DNA of 64,000 nucleotides from NCBI RefSeq assembly GCF_018350175.1, contig NC_058368.1, forward strand, positions 51,275,815-51,339,814. The letters run 5' to 3'. This DNA is from Felis catus (taxonomy: Eukaryota). Below, piece by piece: positions 1-10,473 of this stretch. Each line of letters starts with the position of its first letter. Within the stretch, counting starts at the first letter, position 1. Made by a program: the position numbers and the translations under genes. The notes under the pieces were generated by a model. That model was not told the origin of the DNA, did no database searches, and was given only the letters and a program-made list of their open reading frames with translations.

Positions 1-742
1 TCCTACCCATCATCCCACTTGTATGCTACTTGCTGACAATATGCTGATTTAGAAGGAGTCAGGATCATATGTGTAGAAAAGAAAAGGAATGTGTCTGAAT
101 TTTAGATGAAATCCAAGTATAAATTATTCTGAAATAATTATTGTTTGGATCGTCCATCATGTTGGTCTCTTCTAATACTGCAGACAAAACCAGCTACACA
201 CATTTTATTTCTTTGGCTTGGGTTTTTGTTTTCCTTTTTACAACTTTCTGATTTCATTATACATACCAAACCCGAATACAGCCTATTTCACATAATTCTA
301 AATTAACTAAGATAACATGGCTAAACATTCAAAACCATGTGTATGTAATAAAGCTGACATGTAATATTACTTAAAACATTTTGATTTTAAATGGATCATT
401 GTGGAAGGTTCCTTTTTGCTCATTAACACTACTATTAATAATAAGTGAATGATAAAAACAATAGTTCTTTTACTAGATACAGTGTCATTGAATTTATGAT
501 GTGAATTCACAGTGAGTATCTTTAAATAGGAGCAAATAAGCAAAAACTACAAACATAAGCTAAAACTGGTAAAAATGACACTCTAAAAGAACACCTTTGC
601 AAACATTTTGATTGTTAGTTTTCTCGGAACAAACTTTAATAAAGTTTTGTGGGTGAACAGTAATATAATAAAAATGGTTAAAAGAGAAGGTAATAAAAAT
701 ATTAAAGTTGGGTAGGTAAAAGACTCACTTTCAAACACCTAC

Positions 743-865
743 CTTTATTATTTCCAAGTCCATAATCAAATCCTTGGGCACTGCAACTTGCCCCTTTATT
801 AAAAGCTTGCACTGAGAAAGGGCTTGGAGGAGGAGTCTGAGAATTTTGATCCAGAAGAACTTGTT
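743..865 (-). CDS. MYCBP2: MYCBP2 exon (QVLLDQNSQTPPPSPFSVQAFNKGASCSAQGFDYGLGNNK)
   Basis: 123 nt, ag/gtaggt, phase 1-1. Confidence 0.94.
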
Positions 866-1236
866 CTATAATAAAAGACACAGCTATAAAATTAGTTTCT
901 TATATGCTATTCCCCTATTAATAGAATGAAGAGAAAGTTGCCAAGAAATACTTTATGATGGTTAGATTTTAAAACCTCACATTTAGATTTGATAATAAGT
1001 CTAACAATTAGGTCATTGATACTGACAAATTATACGACAAATCTTTGTTTTCATTATCAAATACACAGTGAAACTTAGAAACTGGATATGGTCTTATGAA
1101 GCCAATTTACTTTCATTGTGGCTGGATACATCATTGAATGCATACTAGTATTTTTGGACCAGGAGCTCCAATTTGTGACAGATTTATACAAGAGCACTTT
1201 ATAAAATAAAAATGGGTACCCTATAAACCAGAAATC

Positions 1237-1325
1237 AAAATATTTTGTATATTAGCACTCAAATAGAAATGTCTAAATATATGCTCTTTTTTTTCCTATT
1301 TGAATGCTAATACACAAAATATTTT
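1237..1325. repeat. 30-bp inverted repeat with 29-nt spacer
   Basis: Arms at 1237-1266 and 1296-1325; 28 of 30 Watson-Crick pairs. Confidence 0.93.
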
Positions 1326-3319
1326 TAGTTCTGAATGTAAAAATTGTGGAAAATTTAACTTTTGACTTATTTTTACTTATTATATAAGGACATTTCCTCT
1401 AAATGAAAGGATGATAAATCAGGTCACATAGAGCTATTCACACATGCTCAAGTCAATAAATTTATCGTAATTCTTATTTCAAGGAAAAAAGGCAAGTATT
1501 TCATCCAGTTTACAACATAAATTAATAAACTAAGGTATCCTTTATTATCAATGAGATGGCCATAAGACCTTGTATGATATAATACTAAAAACACAAATAC
1601 CATAATTCAATAGTCATATTAATGCCAGCTAAAAAAGGGCAAAATAAAATCTGTCAAATGCAAGGTAAAAGGAGAAAAAGTATCTATTCTATCAAAACAA
1701 CTTTACAGATAATGAAGTCTTGAGTATATTTTTCAGAAATCAAGATCTCTTCAAAAAGAAAATGGAACTAGAAAATGTGGTGTTTTCTTCCACTTGCATT
1801 TTCCTTTCACTTACATTTCTAGACTTTTTTCAAGAAGTCAATCCCCCAGCACTTCCCTTAGGCAATAGTGTTTAGTGTCAGATATTTCAGCAGTGGAATA
1901 GGTTTTCTGGAAAATACTCAGGAACACTAATCTGAATGGGAAAGACAGCATCCCTCTCACCCTCTAGACTCAGAATGGTCTCAGCATCAAGTATAAGGTC
2001 TGTTTTTAACCAGACCAGTAACTTTGCCTACTAGCTTTATTTGCAAATATCAAAGACCTAGAAATAATTTTTACCAAGAGCAAAGTTTAGTTGTACTTCT
2101 ACTACCTCATACAAATTACTATAGTGTCAAATCCTCTTACCTCCACATTAAATACAGTTACATACTAATATCGACGAGCAGACTATTTGGATACAACATC
2201 AACTAATCGTAGTGATTTTCAGGCACTAACTTCTTAACACTTTTTCCTGATCACCCCAGGTCTTACGTTAAAAACTTAACATCACTTTATATAAGAGCAA
2301 AGGACCATTAAGTGTTGATAGAGAGAAATGTAAACTTCTCTTACACTGCTTTTAGGGTTGAATATCTTACTTAGCAGAAATAGTATACTAATTTAAGAAG
2401 CATTTTAACTAAGAAGAACTGTCTACCTTCTAAGTATATAGAAATAAAACTCTCCATTTAAAACTCAGTCTTCAGTATAGAGGGCATTTTACATTTTAAT
2501 CATAACAGCTAACCTTACCATCTGCTAGTTTTATGTTATTATTTGTTCATTTAGATTTCATATGGAATTTATAAATTATTTTCATTTTGTAAACGAGAAA
2601 ACTGAAGCACAGAGACATCAGGTTAACTTGGCCAAGGTTACACAACTGAAAAGCTGTGGCGCTGGTATCTGTACCTTAGCAGTCCAGCTCCAGAGTTCAC
2701 TCTTACACTTAAGCTATATTGACAGTTAAAAAAATAATTAAGCTAGGAAGTTACTTTGATAGTTACCCAAACCATTCTCATATTATTTACCTATGTCTTA
2801 TAAAAAGCCGACCTCACTTTATGTATTTTCATTTATATCAGAATATGCATATATAGTGGAAATGTTTAGGAACTTCTGAATATGTAATATATATATTAAG
2901 TATATTATAAATGGGAAGGTTATTTTGTAAAATGTCTAAGTGTCATCAAATGAAGCCGTTCTCATTCTCACAACATAATGAAGAATAGGTATACCAACCC
3001 AGAACATTATTTTACAATCACATCAGCTCTGATTACGAAGTGTGTCTGTAAAGACAAGGGAAGTAGCAGGTTCTCAGATTCTCTTCAATGATTACTGACA
3101 CAGAGTAGTGTGCTGTAAGGAGCACAGCATCTCAAATACAAATGCAGTTTCTGGCTCAGGTAATACATCTGCCATACATCTAGCTATATAACCACAGGCA
3201 AAAGTCATTTCAAATCCATGACCTTTAGTTTCCTTACCTGTAAAATTAAAATTATAGAACTTATTCAAAGGCTTATTGTGGGGAAAAAAAGGAAGAATGT
3301 TTAATGTATACTGTTAATA

Positions 3320-3559
3320 CAGTAAAACCTTGGTTTATGAGCATGATTGTTCTGGAAACATGCTTGTAATCCAAAGCAGTCGTATATCAAAGCGAATTTC
3401 AAGAACCACTGGCTAAGTTGTGATCATGTGACATTCGGCGTCAGGTACTACTTGTATTGCAAGACATCGCTCATTTATCAAGTTAAAATTTAGGATAAAT
3501 GTTTGCTCGCCTTGTGGAACACTCACAGGACAAGTTATTTGCAACCCAAGGTTTTACTG
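3320..3559. mobile_element. TcMar/Tigger-like MITE
   Basis: Perfect 14-bp TIRs cagtaaaaccttgg / ccaaggttttactg with TA on both sides; 240 bp. Confidence 0.88.
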
Positions 3560-4592
3560 TAGTCTAAATGTACTCTGTCATTCATGAAGTTTCAAACTTT
3601 TAAAAGATCTATTTATACTTATGGCCATATTGCCTCCTGGATGGTAAATACTACGTATTTATTCTCTGTTGGATAAATATGCATGTTCTTTCATTTATCT
3701 GACCTTCTCCTATAAATTTTAGGATTTGGAAGAAAAAAATCTATGCTCGACTTATCCACTTATTTTGATGCCCTAATATTTTTGTGATTCAACTTGTATT
3801 TACAAAACTTAATATGCAATTAAGTGCCAAAACTGTTTCAGAACTAGGAATACAAAGATTAAAAACCCTGTGCCTGTCCACAAGTGACTCACAATCTCGA
3901 TATAAAGAAATAAAAATTGACTTCAGTATGATATCAGTTTTATTCTAGCGGTAAATATAGTTCTTTAGGAACTTAGAATTCTTGACTCTGTAAGGATCAG
4001 TTAAAGCTTCACCCAAGTGATGACATGGTCTGAACTTGGAAAAACTATGTTTTTGTCCCAGGAGAATGAAGAGAAGGGGACAATAAAGAAAAGTTTTTAT
4101 TAACTGAGATTATTGAAAAAGATGAAGTTGAAAGCTGAAACTCTAACAACAAAATAGGAACCCCCCAAAAGACGCTATGCATTTATCCAATGCTCCTATC
4201 CTGAGACAAAATTAAATCAAATGAAATTGCCTAGGAGAAGTACTATGATTGACAATTTGAAAAGTGAACTTCCATTTAGTGTTTAAAAAAGAAAGGTAAA
4301 ACATTCAATCCTGGACTGGCATAGAATAAGAAGTCATACAAATCTACATCAATGGGAAAAAAAAAGAAAACATAGTTTGCAAAGATGGATTCATTCATAT
4401 GTTTCACATTTTCTTTTAACTCTCTTCGTACATGTGCTGAGTACCCATCATTTTCACAAACAAATTTTAAGAATTGTAAGAATTTTTAACTTCAGTTTTT
4501 CTCTTTACTTAAAAAATAAACACACAAAAAAGTTGTTTACTTCTGCATTTCAAAGGTTAATCAGAATAAATCACAAATTTAAGCCAACTTGC

Positions 4593-4725
4593 CATCTTCA
4601 TGTCGAAGGTATTGGTTTCCGCCTCTGTCTCTAGCTAAGGACCATGCCTCTCCTTCATCACTCTCACAGAACTCTACCATGCTGTTCTTATCCAGCTGCA
4701 CCCACGCACCTTCAGAATTGGTTAC
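4593..4725 (-). CDS. MYCBP2: MYCBP2 exon with GC donor (VTNSEGAWVQLDKNSMVEFCESDEGEAWSLARDRGGNQYLRHED)
   Basis: 133 nt, ag acceptor, ATG|gcaagt donor, phase 0-1 matching the next exon. Confidence 0.92.
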
Positions 4726-5592
4726 CTAGCACATAACAAAAAGCACGATTGATTGGCTTGATTCTTTCAGGGTACTCAGGCTGAAAACCAGCAAAAAGTT
4801 TAAGTGTTTGAATAGGGTAAGCATTCCAAAAGTTACCATGAAATTAGTTTCTGAAATTAAGACCACAGCCTGAGGTAAGACAGAAATCAATAAAAAGTTC
4901 TGTAAAATGCTGCTTATTTATGACTTCAGTAAAAATAATAACTTTTAAGGCACAGGACAACCTCTAAATAACTTTACACATCACCCCAAAACACGTGGCG
5001 CTCTCTCTCTTTTTTTTGTTTTGGCACCTAAAATATCCCAACATAGCAAACTATTATTTAGATTGGTAGTGTCTATAATACAACTTGAAAATGACCCTGA
5101 CACTGAGAAATAGCATGACACACTACATCTTCAAGCTCATCAGCTGAGGCAAATGCCACCATTAACTAAAAAGTTTTATTTGCTCAGGACTTCAGTGAGA
5201 CACATAAATGAGAACAAAGAAATGAACTCTTTGTATATGTCACATCTCCATACCAATTTATAGTAAATATTTTAAAGTGCTGTTAACCCATGACATCGTA
5301 GTACATTTATAATAATGAAAGGATATATGTACATACCAAACATTCATATATACAATACAAATCATTTTGTTAATATAAGTACTGTTTTCAGAAGGATAAT
5401 TATGAGAATAAAATTACTTAAAAAAGAAGCACAGAAAAATGATGTTAGTAGTATTTGCATTACAAGTAAGGATAAAGAACATTAACGTTTAAAAACCTGG
5501 GATGGAAATGGCAACCTTTGGAAGGAAGAGATGCTCTGGTATTATATTAAAAAGGAGTAATTTAGAAGTCATGAAGCTACAAGAATCCATAC

Positions 5593-5817
5593 CTCTCCCA
5601 CTGCTTTGACTTTGTTTCCCAGAACTAACATTCCAATTGGGATACCTCTAAGGTTAGGGCAGCTTCTGATGTTGTGACCGGAAGGTCCCGTCTTCACTAC
5701 CTTGTACATGCCTGGCCCTCCTCGCAAGAACGGCATATCTTGTTCTTGCATTGTTGCTTCCTGTGGGCAGCAGGAGTTTATATCTTTGAAAAAGTCATCA
5801 GTATTAGTTTTAGGTTC
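5593..5817 (-). CDS. MYCBP2: MYCBP2 exon (EPKTNTDDFFKD...GHNIRSCPNLRGIPIGMLVLGNKVKAVGE)
   Basis: 225 nt, ag/gtatgg, phase 0-0. Confidence 0.96.
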
Positions 5818-6677
5818 CTGAAAATTTGAATAGGAAAAAAAAAAATAAACAAAATACAATCTATTACCACTTTCGACATCCTATTATTAATAGCTTTTAC
5901 AGCAAGTCTTTAATACTATCAAATAAGAGAATACATATCCAAAAATAACTGAAGTATACACATTAACATGACTACCAAAGAATCTTTTAATGTTTCAATG
6001 CTGAGTAATATTTAAAAGAAGAGAGAAAATATAGCAGAAAGAGCGAATGAACCTCTGGCTTTTGCCCACCACAATTTAAGAAATATATAGTACTTGATTT
6101 TATTTTTATTTTTTAATGACCTATTAAACAGTAGGAAAAACAAAAATAATATACTCTGTGAACCACAACTGAATAATTTTGAGTCATTATTACTGCATTG
6201 CTGTATGTTGGTACAGGTTAAAAAGTCTAAATCTTCATTTCCTTCCACTTTGTAATAATTACTTACAAATAGAGAAAACACGTGTGAAGATTCTAGAAAC
6301 TTGTCTATAAACAGGATAGCAATGACAAAAAATGTGCATAAAATATAGCTACATCTTAATATTTACTAGGTTAAGGATAAATATAAGAATGCTTATAAGA
6401 TTTTAACAACTCATACTTCCTTAATGTAATACAAATAAAGATGTCCTGCTAGATCTGCTAGGCCAATACTAAACAATGATATATTAATGCTATTAACAGA
6501 AAAAGATGATTATGCTTTTAGAGAGATTAATATCAAAGATGCATTTTTACATAAATACAATGCATTTAGATATAAAAGAATCATTTCTAAAATGAAAGAA
6601 AAGGACATGCCCTAAATTTTCTATTGAATCTGAATGAAATTGTTCCCTATGTGAATGCAATAAAGATAAATAATAAC

Positions 6678-6747
6678 CTTCTCATATTTGCTCTTTGTGA
6701 AGGAGTAAAGTTCCACACTGGGGGCTCTTCCATTGTCATTATTACTT
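6678..6747 (-). CDS. MYCBP2: Candidate alternative mini-exon X3 (SNNDNGRAPSVELYSFTKSKYEK)
   Basis: 70 nt, ctgttttaaag acceptor, AAG|gttatt donor, phase 2-0, open. Confidence 0.45.
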
Positions 6748-7967
6748 CTTTAAAACAGATTTAAACTGTACTTTTAAATACAGTAGTAAAGACTCTACAA
6801 ATTATTTTATGTTTAAATATAACAAAAGATGACCCTAATGGGGCACTTATTTAAACAGTGCATTAAAATTAAATTAATATTTAGTAATACCATAAACATG
6901 GAATAAAAATGAAAAAAACACTAATATACTATTTATGCAAGATAAAATACTACTAAATAGCTCTATCCCTCTAAGTAGTCTCATACTAAAGGGTCTTCCT
7001 TTCTATAATAAAAAATTAAAAATGAAATTCTTAAGTTAAAAAAATGTAGATTCAAGAATTCTGTGTACCTGTGACTTTAACTCAGTATATGGTCAGGGAA
7101 AATTTTTAACCCACTATTAACCTTCACATAATATTCTATTAATTTCATTGTGGTGACGAATAACTTTTAGGTGTATAAATATGTACTATGGACAATATTT
7201 ATTTACATTTAATATAATAATACTTGAAAAATGTAGATTTATAATCTAAAATAAACTTAAAATATGCATTGTACACACCCATGCATATATACTCATAAAA
7301 ACTTACATATGAATAAAGAATGTGCTCAAAATGAAAATGGAGGGTCAGGTCTAAACTTTAAACTGTGCTACTACACTAACAAGGTTTTCAGTAAACATTT
7401 AAAAATATCTAGTTGTGAATAACCAATTTCAGTAAATACATCAGGCTATTTCATAGTTGGAAGAGGCAAGTGAGTCCTATTTACAACCATTTTTTAAAAA
7501 ATTACATGGTATGATGTCAAAAATAACAAGCAAATATTAGTAGATTTAGTGAAAAATCAATTTTACTGGTATTCACTGATATATTTAGAGCATTTAATTA
7601 AGTTATAACAGTATTTCCAAACTTTGGTCATTCAGCAGAACACAAGAGACGAGTCTTGGCAAAAACGAATAATAATTGCAAGTTGTTCAGCGAAAGGCAA
7701 TATATGAGAACTTTTATTAAAATATTTAATATTTTATTGAATAAAGAAACTATGCAAATTAATAACTGTTAAACAAAGTCTATCCATTTTTTTTTATAGT
7801 GCAGAGAATGAAAAGAACTGACAGACAAATAAGTCATAGAAGTATGGTTGCCATTCTCAAGGAACCCTAATATACATGCTTTAGCCAATACAGAAATGGA
7901 AGACCTGGGGACCAGTGTAAGAAATGGATGAAGTGCAATGTAATTTTTTTTCTCTTTGCATTCCCAC

Positions 7968-8007
7968 CCCATTCTCAGATGAATATCCAAAAGGGCATTG
8001 TAAAAAG
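7968..8007 (-). CDS. MYCBP2: Candidate alternative mini-exon X2 ((A)FYNALLDIHLRM(G))
   Basis: 40 nt, strong ctcttctcttcttccctag acceptor, GGG|gtggga donor, phase 1-2. Confidence 0.45.
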
Positions 8008-8196
8008 CTAGGGAAGAAGAGAAGAGCCATAGATTTGGGACTTTCCCATCAAAACAAGCAAGCTGAGAAAGCCAGATGTGGATGTAATTATGGGAGAAGC
8101 TAGTCATAAATTAAATACAGCAAATTTGAAGTCACATAAAAGTTCAAATTAAACTAATAATACATTCTTTGACAAAAGCAGAGGGAAAAGGATTAC

Positions 8197-8257
8197 CAGG
8201 GAAACTCAATTGTAGCACTTTGTGTCGATCTTTCTCGGCAAAAAGTCTTTCATTAAC
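8197..8257 (-). CDS. MYCBP2: Candidate alternative mini-exon X1 (VNERLFAEKDRHKVLQLSFP)
   Basis: 61 nt, cctttgcttaag acceptor, CTG|gtaatc donor, phase 0-1, open, two CpGs retained. Confidence 0.5.
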
Positions 8258-8350
8258 CTTAAGCAAAGGCTTCAAAAGATAGAAGGCAAAATTTGTTATA
8301 CATGCTGAAATACCTGAATATTGTTTGACTGTTCCTTACAGTTAACTCAC

Positions 8351-8425
8351 CTGGGGAAAAAAAGCTTTGGAAGTCCATGAAAATACGTCCAAGTCCCTGA
8401 CTCCTTGGCTAGCATTAAAGATACT
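8351..8425 (-). CDS. MYCBP2: MYCBP2 alternative cassette exon (SIFNASQGVRDLDVFSWTSKAFFPQ)
   Basis: 75 nt, ctcag acceptor and strong CAG|gtgagt donor, phase 0-0, no stop; resembles an insert I recall from mouse Mycbp2. Confidence 0.85.
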
Positions 8426-10413
8426 CTGAGCGACAAAGTTTAAGAAAGAAAAATATCAACAAAGAAAGGGAACAGGATATTATCTACAGAAGATGTGTTC
8501 ACAGTAACAACATTGTTCTGTACTCTAGCACCAGCACTGTGATATTATTTTACTACAGGGAAACTGAAGCCACCTGAGTAAACCATACAGCAAAGAAAGA
8601 CTGATAAATAAGTTTTTGTCAAAAGCTCTCCATGGATATAGTGTGTCATGCCATTTACTAAAATTAAGAGCCAGACATTGATTTAAAGCTTAAGACAGTC
8701 AATGCAAGCAGGAAACCTTAAAACTCTTTTAAATGACGACGTATCTGTTCCAATACAAGCCAGATTTGTTTTATGACAGAAAACAGTCTGCTGTTTTATA
8801 AAGAAAAGGTAAATAATATAGATTGTATAGATAGTGCAACTATTATTATGAATATTAATGGCATGGAGAATCTGTGAACATTTCCACTTTTTAAAATACA
8901 AAAAACATCAAGAAGTCAAAAATCTAGGTCATTTTTCAATCTCCCTTTCTTCTCTAAATGAGGAAAAATCATTCAGAAATGTTACTGAAAGCTGTTAGCA
9001 TATTTGTTAAGAAAAGTACACAGAAAAACATACAACTTGAATCTTTTCTTAAAAGACAGGCCTAGTTTTTGCTATCACCAAGTTTAGGAAATGCATAGAG
9101 CCTTTACATCTCTATGTTAAAATCTAAAAATATTCTGTTAAATAACCAACTCGCAGCAGCAGTCCTAGAAAAGTCAACATCTTCACAAAATGTCTTAATG
9201 AAAATTTAAGTGATATACATTTTACATAAAAATATGCTATTGAATATATTTGATCTGAAATTAAAATCTTCCCAGTGAGTAGCAATTACACAATTTTACT
9301 GCTTATGTAAATACTGTGATAAATGGTTATTTTGAACAAAAAAGAGGACACTCAAAATGTTAATAAAAGCTTTCAGCATCCAAAACTTCAACACAAAAGA
9401 AACAACACAATTCCCAACCAATTATAAGCCATTTTAGATAATGACAATTTAATATTCTTTAACTCTGTATTTTCCTCATGTATTTATGTATGGAAAGATG
9501 CAGATACACACCCACATACATACACATATATGCTAATTCAGAGATATAAGACATATAACAGCCAGAAAAAGGAGTTCCTAGTAATGTGCCTACAAATGAA
9601 TGCAAAACAAAACCAAGACCAAAAACCAAAGCCCCCTTTCATATTTAAAAATGAATAGCAAATAGGGTCCTTTCTCTTTATGTGAAGTGGAAACATGATG
9701 AAAGCATTTTAAAATGCTATTTTTTGGGGGAAAAAGATGTCTTTACTGGTTCATTCATATATATAAGAATTTTTGAACTATGTGCTCAAAGGTTTTTCTC
9801 CTTCACAGAAAACAGTGGTGCAGACCTTTTGACATAAAACAATATTGAGATATTCTTTAGCATTTTCTATTTTTTAGCATAATTTTTTCTATATTAAAAG
9901 CAATGTAAAAAGCATCGTGAAAAGCAAGGCAGATGGAGTTAGTGATAAAGAAGCAATATGGTGATTCACAATATTTGAAGCTTGTACCTCTCTTTTATTT
10001 CCATGCGCAAACAAGTGTTTTGAGTCTGAGTACATGAATTAACAAGTGATATAACTGCTAACCATTGTGATAAATTGCCAATCAAATCATTTTTGTACAT
10101 GTTAATTATATGTGGATTCAAATTTGACACTTGTTTGCTTTTCTCAATTTGCAGAAAATTCCAGTAAACACTAGTTTACTACTTTTAAAATACGGTATCC
10201 AAATAAAATTACATTTATCAAATACCAAAAATGCACCAGATAGAAAGCTGGAGTTTAAACATAAAATAGACTTGCACGGTTTTCTTTAGAAAATTTAGGC
10301 AAGTTTAGTGTAAAGGCATGAACATGCATGAAAATAATATCTCCAAAGTCTCAATTTCTAATTATTAAAATACATAAATTAGCTTTCATAGATTAATAGG
10401 AGTACCACTATAT

Positions 10414-10417
<4 letters not shown>

Positions 10418-10471
<54 letters not shown>
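10418..10471. repeat. (CA)n microsatellite
   Basis: Uninterrupted CA run. Confidence 0.97.

Positions 10472-10473
<2 letters not shown>

Noticed and set aside
66..190. Acceptor-like ttttgtctgcag followed by about 36 open codons in phase 1
   Set aside because: Runs into a stop with no convincing donor, the peptide is unrecognised, and it is too close to the window edge to judge
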